This document shows, piece after piece, positions 9,617 to 19,039 of a stretch of 64,000 bases of DNA (positions within the stretch are counted from its first letter, which is position 1; each line of letters starts with the position of its first letter). Location of the stretch: positions 10,231-74,230 of the forward strand of contig CP058602.1 in the NCBI GenBank assembly GCA_013426185.1, read 5' to 3'. Position numbers and translations under genes: made by a program. The stretch is from Candidatus Woesebacteria bacterium. GTDB lineage: Bacteria; Patescibacteriota; Microgenomatia; UBA8517. The notes beneath the pieces are model-generated. The model made no database searches. It had not been told where the DNA came from and was given only the letters and a program-made list of their open reading frames with translations.

Positions 9617-10291
9617 ATGTCTGGCATTCTTTATATTGTTGCGACTCCTATTGGCAACCTTGAAGATATTACACTTCGAGCCTTAAGGATATTGAGAGAA
9701 GTCGACTTAATTTTAGCGGAAGATACGCGTGTTGCCAGTAAACTTCTGAATCATTATGAAATAGAAAAGCATATTTTGAGCTACCACCAACATAGCAGTG
9801 AGGAAAGAAAGCTTGAGATTTTAAGGGAGCTTCTTCTGGGTAAGAAGATTGCCTTAATCACTGATGCAGGTACACCCGGAATTTCTGATCCAGGCAATGA
9901 GCTAGTTGATTTTATTTATAAGAATTCTGATTCAGTCAAGATAGTTCCTGTTCCTGGACCTTCAGCTTTGACTGCCGCACTTTCAGTTTGTGGCTTCAGG
10001 ACAGATAAGTTTGTCTTTTTGGGCTTTTTGCCTAAAAAGGGAAATTTGGGTCTTTTTGAGTGGCTTAAAAAGGGTGGTTTTACCTTTGCTTTTTATGAAT
10101 CACCAATGAGAATTTTAAAGACTCTAGATTTGCTTTTGGAGAATTTTGGAGAGGAAAAGAGAATAGTTGTCGCCCGGGAATTAACTAAAATTTATGAGAC
10201 TCTCTATCTTGGCAAAATTAAGGAAATAAAAGAGAAGCTTGTAAGTGACAGATTGAAGGGGGAAATAGTGGTTATCGTTGAGGGTAGTTAA
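9617..10291 (+). CDS. rsmI: 16S rRNA (cytidine1402-2'-O)-methyltransferase
   Basis: LYIVATPIGNLEDIT, AEDTR, DAGTPGISDPG, YESP, ARELTK. Confidence 0.97.
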   Translation: MSGILYIVATPIGNLEDITLRALRILREVDLILAEDTRVASKLLNHYEIEKHILSYHQHSSEERKLEILRELLLGKKIALITDAGTPGISDPGNELVDFIYKNSDSVKIVPVPGPSALTAALSVCGFRTDKFVFLGFLPKKGNLGLFEWLKKGGFTFAFYESPMRILKTLDLLLENFGEEKRIVVARELTKIYETLYLGKIKEIKEKLVSDRLKGEIVVIVEGS

Positions 10292-10314
10292 TTTTTTTGC
10301 TAGAATCAGCTTAA

Positions 10315-10387
10315 GCCGGTGTAGCTCAAAGGATAGAGCAGTCCCGTCCTAAGGGAAAGGTTGAGGGTTCAACTCCCCCCACCGGCA
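10315..10387 (+). tRNA. tRNA-Arg(CCT)
   Basis: Acceptor GCCGGTG/CACCGGC, D arm GCTC/GAGC, anticodon loop GT-CCT-AA, GGTTCAACTCC T arm. Confidence 0.9.
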
Positions 10388-10389
10388 CA

Positions 10390-10738
10390 CGACAGATCTC
10401 GGTCGTCGGACATCAGCTGTCGGATATCGGCTTTCAGACGTCAGACTTCAGACATCGGATATCGGCCGTCGGACATCAGCTGTCAGCCGTTGGCAATTAA
10501 TCAAAGCTGGTCGGAAGCAGTATTTAGTATTTTGTATTATGTATTATGCAGGAAATACAAGTAGAAAGTAGAAAGTAGAATGTAGAATGTAGTAAGTAGA
10601 AAGCAAAAATTCATAACTCAATAGTTAAAGGTTCAAAGTTAAAAGTTGTGTATTATCCTTTCTACTTTCTGCTTACTACTTTCTACTAATTTTAAGTTTT
10701 GACTTTTGATTTTTGAGTTTTAAGTTAATTTGTAATCT
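10390..10738. repeat. Mosaic heptamer array A3
   Basis: TCGGACA, TATTATG, AAGTAGA and AAAGTT modules followed by inverted TTCTACT and TTTTGAC arms. Confidence 0.9.
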
Positions 10739-11959
10739 TTATTTTAAGCTCAGCGAATAGAGGTTGGCTTCTTGGGAGTCGGCGCCGAGGTTGGTTAATA
10801 TCAAGATACGGTCATTGGTAAGAGTTGGGAAGGCGTAAGGGGCAAAATAGCTTCCAGAATAAACTTCCTGAAGGTTTGTTCCATCATAGTCCATAATGAT
10901 TATTTTTCCTTCTTTAGCCCAAATTAAGTGTCTTGAGGTTGGAAACCAGAGAATCTTCTGGCTAACTTTGTTATCTTTTGGAGTATATTGACCTATTTGT
11001 AAGTTAGTGCTATTGTCGTTTATCAAAAAATTGCGATCCTCTTTGATGTCATATACATATATTTTACCCCTTTTAATATCCCTCTCTTGCTTCTGAGTTG
11101 AGGCGCCTGGGACTGGTTTGATTATCTCGTTTGGGATAGTGGTATCAACTTTAGCTTTGTAAAGAATTTTGGTCTCATCAGGAGAAAAGCTTACATCCTC
11201 CGCATAGTTAGCTATTATTTCACTGATTTTGTCAGGCAAGGCTTTTATTTTTGAGGCAAGAATTTTTTGTTCTTCTTTTTGCCACTCTTCAATTGTTGTG
11301 TCAGCTTTGACAGCGATATTAGTTCTTTTGTCCTGAGGTGTAAAGGTGGCGGTATCAAGCAAGAATTTTCCTTTAGGAGTGACAAGGAGTATCTCGCGGC
11401 CATTAGGAGACCAGATCCAGTTTGAGTCTTTTAAGTCACCATCTGTTATCCTTCTTGGGTCGCGCGAGAAGCCAAGGGGAAGGTTGATATTGTCAAGCAC
11501 CCAAAGCCCTTCTTTTTCTTCGGCGACGTTTTTAGTTGTTGCAGGAACAATAAAGGCAATTTTGGTGGAGTCAGGTGATGAGGTGGGGTTGAGACAGGAG
11601 TTGAAAGTAATAGCAGAAAGCGATGGAGCAATTTTAAAAAGATGTACATCAACTTCTGTTACTTCTTCTTTTTTAATGGTTAGTCTCTTGTTCCAGGTAA
11701 TGTAGCCTTCTTTTTTGACTGTTATGTCGTAAGTTTCAGGAGACAAGGTTAGATTGAGATTGGTGAAGCCTCTTGGTTCTTGATTAACTAACACCTGAGC
11801 TCCTTCAGGATTTGATTTGACGATTAGAAGGCCACTTGGTGTGATCTTAAGACTTTTGCTATCTAGGCGATAACCACGGGCATAAAGCGAGAAGAGGTAA
11901 CTCAAGCCAACCACAATAGCAATGGTGGTCAAAAGTATTAAGACGCGGATTTTGGTCAT
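10739..11959 (-). CDS. PEGA-domain membrane-anchored protein with beta-propeller-like repeats
   Basis: N-terminal TM; VKSNPEGAQV...YDITVKKEGY PEGA; SPD/WSPNG repeats. Confidence 0.8.
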   Translation of the reverse strand: MTKIRVLILLTTIAIVVGLSYLFSLYARGYRLDSKSLKITPSGLLIVKSNPEGAQVLVNQEPRGFTNLNLTLSPETYDITVKKEGYITWNKRLTIKKEEVTEVDVHLFKIAPSLSAITFNSCLNPTSSPDSTKIAFIVPATTKNVAEEKEGLWVLDNINLPLGFSRDPRRITDGDLKDSNWIWSPNGREILLVTPKGKFLLDTATFTPQDKRTNIAVKADTTIEEWQKEEQKILASKIKALPDKISEIIANYAEDVSFSPDETKILYKAKVDTTIPNEIIKPVPGASTQKQERDIKRGKIYVYDIKEDRNFLINDNSTNLQIGQYTPKDNKVSQKILWFPTSRHLIWAKEGKIIIMDYDGTNLQEVYSGSYFAPYAFPTLTNDRILILTNLGADSQEANLYSLSLK

Positions 11960-11989
11960 ACCTTTTTATTATATCTTTTTTGGTGCCTG

Positions 11990-12700
11990 AAAGCGAGAGG
12001 GAGCTGGTCGGAAGCTAGTATCACGTATCACGAAGCAAGAATCAAGAATAGGTAAAAGGCAAGAGGTAAAAGGTGAAAAAGAAACTCAAGTAGAAAGTAG
12101 AACGTAGTAAGTAGAAAGCAACGGATTTCAGCTATCAGCCGTCAGTTGTCGGAGTTGATCAGAAACTTGTATCCAGTATCTTGTATTATGTATTATGCAA
12201 GAAAATGCATTATCCCCATAATACATAATTCATAATACACAATACTAAATTCTTTTCCCTTTGTTCTATGTTCTATGTTCTATGTTCTTTGTTCTAATCT
12301 CAAGTTTTGACTTTTGAGTTTTAAGTTTTGAGTTATACTTTTGAATTTTGAGTTTTAAGTTTTAATTTAATTTGTGATTTGGAACTTGGGATTTGTTTGT
12401 AATTTGTATATTGGAATTTGGAATTTGTATATTGCCTGCCCGCAATGCTTTCAGCATAGCTGATGCAGGCGGGGGTAAAGGGTAAGAGAAATTCAAGTAG
12501 AAAGTAGTAAGTAGAATGTAGAAAGTAAAAAATCCACGGCCTAAAGGCCGTGGCTTTCTTGGCTCCATCTAAACTATTCTACATCCACGCGCTAAAGCGC
12601 GTGGCTTTATGATTAGATGTAGTAAAATTCTTAAATCCTAAATCTTAAATCAAAATTCTATAATCAAGGTTTTAAGTTTTGAATTTTGAATTAATTTTTC
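11990..12700. repeat. Mosaic heptamer array A4
   Basis: All major modules plus (TTCTATG)n; hosts a MITE and a CCTG-hairpin insert. Confidence 0.9.
12525..12621 (-). mobile_element. 97-bp IS200/IS605-type MITE (PATE-like), copy 1
   Basis: Two AAAG-CCACG..TTTA..CGTGG hairpins; follows TTAC and ends in TTAC; identical to 15851-15947. Confidence 0.8.
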
Positions 12701-12790
12701 TCTCTTGTAGTCGTCTCGTTTTTTTTCTACAATGTCTTGCAGTGATTTTTGTTAATTGTATCAAAATACTAGATTTTTATATCAAAATAT

Positions 12791-13804
12791 ATGATTGAAA
12801 TTAGGAAAAGAATTGCGATTGACCTTGGGACGGCAAATACTTTGGTTTGGCTCGCAGGTGAGGGAATAGTAGCTAATGAGCCGACTGTTGTTGCTGTTTC
12901 AGCTGAAGACAATCAGGTGGTAGCAGTTGGTGAGGAGGCAAAAAAGATGCTTGGCCGAACTCCTGAGAGCTTAATTGCCTCACGTCCTATGCGAGATGGG
13001 GTTATTGCCGACTATCAAATCACAGAAGCAATGCTTCGTTATTTTATTCAAAAAGTAAGCGGCAGATTTCAATTCTTCAGGCCTGATGTCATGGTTTGTG
13101 TGCCTGCTGGTTGTACTCAGGTTGAAAGAAGGGCAGCACTTGATGCTACTTTGTCAGCTGGGGCGGCTCATGCTTTTTTGATAGATGAGCCACTGGCCGC
13201 AGCAATTGGCGCCGGAATTCCTGTATCGGCTCCATCAGGGCATATGATTGTTGATATTGGGGGTGGTGCAACCGAAGCGGCTGTCATTTCTTTAGGCGGG
13301 GTCGTGGTTCACAAAAGCGTTCGTGTGGCAGGTAACAAGATTGACGAGGCAATTCAGGATTACTTGCGCAAGAAGTATAACTTGATAGTTGGTGATCAGA
13401 CCGCGGAAGACATCAAAATCAAAATAGGTTCTGCCACCAAAGATGTAAAGGAGGAAAAACTTGAAGTTTCAGGGCGCGACTTGGTTTTTGGTTTGCCAAG
13501 AAGCGTGGTTTTATCTTCAAAAGAAATCTGCGATGCAATTCGAGGCCCTGTCAACCAAATTATTGGTGCTGTTAAGGCTGTTCTTGAAGATACGCCGCCT
13601 GAGCTTGCGGCTGATATAATAGATAAGGGTATTATTATGAGCGGCGGAAGTAGTTTGCTGCGCAATCTTGATAGATACTTAACTTTGGAAACTGGGGTTC
13701 CAGCTCATGTGGCAGAAGATCCTCAGCTTTGTGTTGTCAAGGGCACTGGTCTTGTTCTTGAGAATATAGAACTTTGGAAAAGAAGTGTTACAACCAAAAG
13801 ATAA
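12791..13804 (+). CDS. mreB: Rod shape-determining protein MreB/Mbl (paralog 1)
   Basis: IDLGTANT, RPMRDGVIAD, EPLAAAIGAG, VDIGGGATE, SGGSSLL. Confidence 0.96.
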   Translation: MIEIRKRIAIDLGTANTLVWLAGEGIVANEPTVVAVSAEDNQVVAVGEEAKKMLGRTPESLIASRPMRDGVIADYQITEAMLRYFIQKVSGRFQFFRPDVMVCVPAGCTQVERRAALDATLSAGAAHAFLIDEPLAAAIGAGIPVSAPSGHMIVDIGGGATEAAVISLGGVVVHKSVRVAGNKIDEAIQDYLRKKYNLIVGDQTAEDIKIKIGSATKDVKEEKLEVSGRDLVFGLPRSVVLSSKEICDAIRGPVNQIIGAVKAVLEDTPPELAADIIDKGIIMSGGSSLLRNLDRYLTLETGVPAHVAEDPQLCVVKGTGLVLENIELWKRSVTTKR

Positions 13805-14273
13805 TTTTATCTTGATAATTATTTTTATAGGTTCTTTAAAATGGAAAAATACAAAGCGGATTTTTAATTGATGCGTTAATTTTTGCGTTAAAATTAGTTG
13901 GAATTTGTTAAGAGTTTTTAGCTGATAAATGTAATATAGTAATAGTAGTTGCTTTCAAATTTTTTTGCGGACAACTTGAGGATAAGTGGTCTAATTTGAA
14001 GCATAAAATTTGAAAAGTTTTTTTGTTCATAATTTGCATTTTTGAGACTATAGATTTTGTAATTAATTTCCTATAGTAAGCAGGGTGTCTAAGTAGTAAT
14101 TTTATGGTAGGCAATTTTTAAATAAATTTTGCAGGAAAGTGTTTTTAAAGTTAGAGGAGACTTAAAAATTGCATTTTATTTCCTATAGTATATTTCTCTT
14201 GTTCTAAATTTTTGGTTCAGACGAATTTTTATTAGCTTTGACAGTAAAAAAGTTGTTAAAATTTTGAAAAATT

Positions 14274-15191
14274 ATGGTTAAAAAAGACCGTAAACAGGTC
14301 AAAATATTAGATATTGCCTTGGATAGCACTAACAAGACTCAAGTGCTAAGGGAGGTCAGGGTCAAAATAGCTACTTTTGAGCGTAAAGAACCTAATTATC
14401 GGCCTTTTTATATAGTTACCCCCAATCCTGAGATTGTACTTGAAGCTTTGAAAGATAAAAACTTTGCCTTGATTTTAAATTCTGCCAATTTTACCATTCC
14501 TGATGGCATCGGCCTTTCGCAAGCTGCTTTTTTCCTTTCTCTTCCAGATTATAAATTTTTGCCCCTTAGAATTTTTATTTTACTTTTACAGTGGTTTTAT
14601 ACAGTGTTCTTGACTTGGTTTAAAAAGAAGCGGCTATTTGAAAAGTTAAATATCATCAAAGGCAGAAAACTCTTCACCGATCTTATTTTTTTGGCCAATA
14701 AAAAGGGGTGGAGAGTGGTTTTGGTGGGGAATCTTCAAGGAAGCGCGCAAAAGTCTGCTTCAATCATCAAAAATAGCTATAAGAAAGTCAAAGTTTTTGC
14801 TTTCTCGGGCTCGGCTTTGAATAGGGAAGGTGAGGCTTTGAATCAAGAAGAGAAAAAAGCTGAAAAAGAACTTCTTGATTCTATCAACAAGATTTCTCCA
14901 CATTTGGTTTTTGTTGGCTTTGGGGCGCCAAAGCAGGAGAAGTGGCTTTATCGCAATTTAGACAGTCTTAAAATCGGCGGAGCAATGGTAGTAGGGGGCA
15001 CTTTTGATTATGTTTCAGGCAAACTGTCCCTTCCGCCGCGTTTTTTGGAGAAACTGGGTCTTGAGTGGTTTTGGCGGCTTTTAGTTGAGCCAAAAAGATG
15101 GCTGCGTATCTTTCGTGCTGTCTTTGTATTCCCGACAAAAGTAATCTCTTTTAAATTGAAAAAGGGTCTTGACAGGGTTGCTAGCTTTTGA
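14274..15191 (+). CDS. WecB/TagA/CpsF family glycosyltransferase
   Basis: IVTPNPE, PDGIG, VGFGAPKQEKW, VGGTFD, GLEWFWRL. Confidence 0.93.
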   Translation: MVKKDRKQVKILDIALDSTNKTQVLREVRVKIATFERKEPNYRPFYIVTPNPEIVLEALKDKNFALILNSANFTIPDGIGLSQAAFFLSLPDYKFLPLRIFILLLQWFYTVFLTWFKKKRLFEKLNIIKGRKLFTDLIFLANKKGWRVVLVGNLQGSAQKSASIIKNSYKKVKVFAFSGSALNREGEALNQEEKKAEKELLDSINKISPHLVFVGFGAPKQEKWLYRNLDSLKIGGAMVVGGTFDYVSGKLSLPPRFLEKLGLEWFWRLLVEPKRWLRIFRAVFVFPTKVISFKLKKGLDRVASF

Positions 15192-15271
15192 TATTGTCTG
15201 ATTAATTAAGGTTACTAGTTAGCCTTGAGGTGATATAAAAATATAATTAAAATTATCAAAATATATCAAAA

Positions 15272-15502
15272 ATGGCTGAAGAAAAACCGGTAAGAAAGAA
15301 AAAGAAGATAAAACTTGAAGATTTACCCGATCTTTTGACTGTGCGTGAGGTTGCCGATCTTCTGCGTGTTTCACCTCTTACCATTAAGCGCTGGGGCAAG
15401 CGAGGCAAGCTTCCTGCAATTCGCATTAACTCCCGCGGCGACAGGCGCTACAAAAAAGAGGCTGTCCTCTGGCTTCTTGGAATACAGAGTAATCAAGAGT
15501 AA
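15272..15502 (+). CDS. BldC/excisionase-like MerR-type HTH protein
   Basis: LLTVREVADLLRVSPLTIKRW...GKLPAIRINSRGDRRY. Confidence 0.88.
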   Translation: MAEEKPVRKKKKIKLEDLPDLLTVREVADLLRVSPLTIKRWGKRGKLPAIRINSRGDRRYKKEAVLWLLGIQSNQE

Positions 15503-15959
15503 CAATCAAAATTACAAATCACAAATTACAAACAAATTCCAAGTTCCAAATCACAAATTAACTCAAAACTTAAAACTCAAAAGTCAAAACTTGAGATTAG
15601 AACAAAGAACATAGAACATAGAACATAGAACATAGAACAAAGGGAAAAGAATTTAGTATTGTGTATTATGAATTATGTATTATGGGGATAATGCATTTTC
15701 TTGCATAATACATAATACAAGATACTGGATACAATCTTTCGGCAAGTTTCCGATTAGCTTCGGCAACCGGCTCCCGACGTCCGATGTCCAACAACTGATG
15801 TCCGATATCCGATATCTGAAGTCCGAATTCTTTTACCTTTTAACTTTTACTACATCTAATCATAAAGCCACGCGCTTTAGCGCGTGGATGTAGAATAGTT
15901 TAGATGGAGCCAAGAAAGCCACGGCCTTTAGGCCGTGGATTTTTTACTCTTTTACCTAT
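15503..15959. repeat. Mosaic heptamer array A5 (reverse orientation)
   Basis: Reverse complements of A4 modules; 15559-15734 is an inverted copy of 12167-12335. Confidence 0.9.
15851..15947 (+). mobile_element. 97-bp IS200/IS605-type MITE, copy 2
   Basis: Reverse complement of 12525-12621. Confidence 0.8.
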
Positions 15960-17024
15960 CTAGTACTTCCTCTCCGTTATGAAGTCAATTAGGGTAAGAA
16001 GCTCCTCTCGTGCGGGCTCTTTTTTCAAAAAAGTAAGCTCTTTTTGAAAGTAAACTTTTGTTTTATCTTTAAATTCGTTGGCCAGGTTTTGGGCATAGGA
16101 AATGGCTTCGTATTCTTTCATTTTAGAAACAACCCATAAAACTTCATTTTTTGTTTTTTCCTCTCTTTTTTTATTTAGAAAAGAAGTCAGTCTTTGTTTG
16201 TCTTTTTTATTTGCTCTTTTCAAAAGTTGCCCCAAAATTACCGTCAGCTTTCCTTCGTAAATATCTCCCGCGAATTCCTTGCGGCCGCCAAAATCACTTG
16301 TTACATCTAAAATATCATCTTGAAGCTGAAAGGCGCGGCCCAAAAGAACTCCAAACTGGGCCAATTTTTCAAGCTGATTTTGATTGGCGTCTGCAATTAT
16401 TGCGCCAAGCCTCATAGGGCAGGCTATAGTGTAGTACGAAGTCTTGCCGTCGGCGATAAAATACCAGTCCGAGTCATCAAACTGGTTTTTTACGCTGTCT
16501 CGCCATATAATTTCTGTCATCTGCCCTAAGGTCGTGCGAAAAAGCTGAGTATTAAATTCATCTAAAATTTGAAAAGTCTTCTTTTCGCCAAGTATTTTCC
16601 TATTCTCAAAAAGTGCTTTCCACATAATGTTATGGAGGGCATCTCCAGCATTAACTGCAATTGGTAGGTTGTATTTTTTGTGGAGGGCTGGTAAACCCCG
16701 CCTTTTTGGAGAATCATCTTCAAGATCGTCGTGGATCAAAAGCCATTCTTCTGAAATTTGCATCGCGGAGGCAGTAGGCAACGTGTCTTCTAGTTTTGCG
16801 CCCACTGCCTCAGCTGTCAGGCAAACAAGCGTTGGCCTTAGATATTTGCCTTTGCGAGTGGGGTAGTCTTTGACAATTTCCCAGAATTTTTGTTCCTCTT
16901 TTTTATATTTTGATGCGATTTGGAATGCTTTTGGAAGTGTTTGGCTTTTAAGATAACTCTTAACATTCGGCCAGATTAGCTTTTGATAGTTCTTGAGTAT
17001 TTCCTCCGCCGTTCTTTTTTGCAT
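15960..17024 (-). CDS. Polyprenyl diphosphate synthase (trans-IPPS)
   Basis: GKYLRP, LIHDDLEDDSPKRRG, GQ, GKT, FQLQDDILD; start set to MQKR at 17024. Confidence 0.93.
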   Translation of the reverse strand: MQKRTAEEILKNYQKLIWPNVKSYLKSQTLPKAFQIASKYKKEEQKFWEIVKDYPTRKGKYLRPTLVCLTAEAVGAKLEDTLPTASAMQISEEWLLIHDDLEDDSPKRRGLPALHKKYNLPIAVNAGDALHNIMWKALFENRKILGEKKTFQILDEFNTQLFRTTLGQMTEIIWRDSVKNQFDDSDWYFIADGKTSYYTIACPMRLGAIIADANQNQLEKLAQFGVLLGRAFQLQDDILDVTSDFGGRKEFAGDIYEGKLTVILGQLLKRANKKDKQRLTSFLNKKREEKTKNEVLWVVSKMKEYEAISYAQNLANEFKDKTKVYFQKELTFLKKEPAREELLTLIDFITERKY

Positions 17025-17136
17025 AATCTTGTCTATTTTATCATATCCTTTTATACCCTTTAAAGGTGTCGGTTGACATTGTGATATAATCTCAAGAGAT
17101 AACAAGTTAACAAATTAACGTTTAACAATTTAACTT

Positions 17137-18453
17137 ATGATAAGTTTTAGGAAACAACAAAAGAGGTCTTCTAAAAACATAAAAGGTCTTATCCCTTTAC
17201 CAAAAGGAACGCAGATTCCAAATCATATTGCTATGATTTTGGATGGCAACCGTCGCTGGGCGCGTGCTCGTGGTCTTGAGCCTTGGGAAGGACATAAAGC
17301 TGGTTATGAGGCTGTAAAAAAAATTGCCAAAGCTGCGCGTGACTACGGAGTTCATACTTTTACCATCTGGGCTTTTTCAACCGAAAATTGGTCTCGTCCC
17401 AAGGAGGAGATAGACGCAATTTTGAACTTATTGCGTCGGGGCCTAAAAGAGTTTTTGGAAGAGGCTAAAAGAGACCGTATACGTCTTGTCCATTTAGGTC
17501 GCAAAGACCGTTTCCCAAAAGATGTGGCCGATCTTCTTACAAGGATTGAGGCTGAAACTGCTCATTTTGATAAAAATATTTTGAACTTGGCTCTTGATTA
17601 TGGGGGTCGTGATGAGATTTTGCGCGCAGTGCGAAAAATTGTAGAGGACAAAGTGCCACCTGAGGCGATTGACGAAAAGCTTTTTGACTCCTACCTTGAT
17701 ACCAAAAATCAGCCTTATCCATATCCTGATTTATTCATTCGCACCTCAGGCGAGCAGAGAACCAGTGGCTATCTTCTATGGCAGATGGTTTATGCTGAGT
17801 ATTACTTTGAGCCAGATCATTTGCCTGATTTTACTCCCGATAAACTAAGGCTTGCGATTTTGGATTATTCCCGCCGCCGCAGACGCTTTGGGGGCAATGA
17901 TAAAGAGAAGCACTTTACCTTTAAACCCGAAGTTGTTGCACGCTTGGAGCTTTCCTGGTGGCGGCTTTCCAAGGTTCCTGAGGGAACGCGCTTTCGTGAT
18001 TTTGTAGTTAGCTACTTGAAAGAGCAGTATGGTATTTCTAAATCTTTGGCAAAGGAAGCAGGAAAGCATTTGATTGAGGCTTTAATAAGTGGCGACAAAC
18101 ACGAATGGGAAAGGGCTAAAAAGCCACTTAAGAAGTTTTATCTGCTTTTAAAGAAAAATCTGAAGCTTGCGTTTGAGCCTGAAATTGTTACCTCGCTTCA
18201 TCTTAAGAAATGGCAGATGGTGAATAGTAGTTATGACCCGACCTCGGCAGTTGAGGTAGAAGATGTAGTCAAAAATCTTTTGGCAGAAGAATATCGCATT
18301 TCAAATTATCAATTTGAAAAGGCGGCACATTTGAGAGTTTTGGCTGAAATGGAACGGAACAAGGCTTTGGCTGGAATGGGAGAGGAACATTGGGACAAGG
18401 CTTCGGATTATCTCCAAAAATACTATCACGCTTTGAAGGAAAGAGTAGCGTAA
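17137..18453 (+). CDS. uppS: Undecaprenyl diphosphate synthase with long C-terminal extension
   Basis: HIAMILDGNRRWAR, AFSTENW, YGGRDEI, PDLFIRTSGEQRTS, RRRRFGG. Confidence 0.93.
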   Translation: MISFRKQQKRSSKNIKGLIPLPKGTQIPNHIAMILDGNRRWARARGLEPWEGHKAGYEAVKKIAKAARDYGVHTFTIWAFSTENWSRPKEEIDAILNLLRRGLKEFLEEAKRDRIRLVHLGRKDRFPKDVADLLTRIEAETAHFDKNILNLALDYGGRDEILRAVRKIVEDKVPPEAIDEKLFDSYLDTKNQPYPYPDLFIRTSGEQRTSGYLLWQMVYAEYYFEPDHLPDFTPDKLRLAILDYSRRRRRFGGNDKEKHFTFKPEVVARLELSWWRLSKVPEGTRFRDFVVSYLKEQYGISKSLAKEAGKHLIEALISGDKHEWERAKKPLKKFYLLLKKNLKLAFEPEIVTSLHLKKWQMVNSSYDPTSAVEVEDVVKNLLAEEYRISNYQFEKAAHLRVLAEMERNKALAGMGEEHWDKASDYLQKYYHALKERVA

Positions 18454-18474
18454 TTAAGTCAGCATAAAGTATTT

Positions 18475-18945
18475 TAATAGGTAAAAGGTAAGAGACTTCA
18501 GCTATCGGACATCGGACGTCGGATATCGGCCGTCGGACATCAGCTGTCGGATATCGGATGTCGGATGTCAGACTTCGGTCGTCGGCTATCAGCTATCGGA
18601 GATTAATCAAAGGTAGCCGGAAGATTGTATTTAGTATTTTGTATTATGTATTATGTATTATGCAGGGAATACAAGTAGAAAGTAGAACGTAGTAAGTAGA
18701 AAGCAAAAGATTGTATCTAGTATTTTGTATTATGTATTATGGGAACAATGCATTTTTCTGCATAATACATAATTCATAATACTAAGTTCAGAATTTTTCC
18801 CTTTGTTCTTTGTTCTAACCTAGCAGGTAAAAGGCAAGGGGTAAAAGGTAAAAGGTAAAAGGTAAAAGAAATTCAATTAGAAAGTAGAAGGTAGTAAGTA
18901 GAAAGCAAAAATTCCTAGATTTTAAATCAATATTCAAGAGTTAAG
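18475..18945. repeat. Mosaic heptamer array A6
   Basis: GGTAAAA, long TCGGAYR run, TATTATG hairpin, AAGTAGA twice. Confidence 0.9.
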
Positions 18946-19039
18946 CTGTCATTTTTTAGCCAGTAAAACTGAGCTGTAAAAACCTCCTGAGTCGTTAGCG
19001 AATCTTTTGCGGCGATGAAATTGTGTGCAGACTTGAGGT

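Noticed and set aside
10361-10564. Short ORFs over repeat arrays or tRNAs (also 640, 12362, 15345, 15675, 29119, 30658, 35629, 40951, 40958, 42605, 42730, 42824)
   Set aside because: They translate heptamer repeats or tRNA sequence and show no protein-like features.
13805-14230. AT-rich gap as replication origin or gene
   Set aside because: No DnaA-box cluster seen and the 68-aa ORF has no support; left uncalled.
15272-15502. Prophage excisionase
   Set aside because: No integrase or phage genes nearby; the context is housekeeping.
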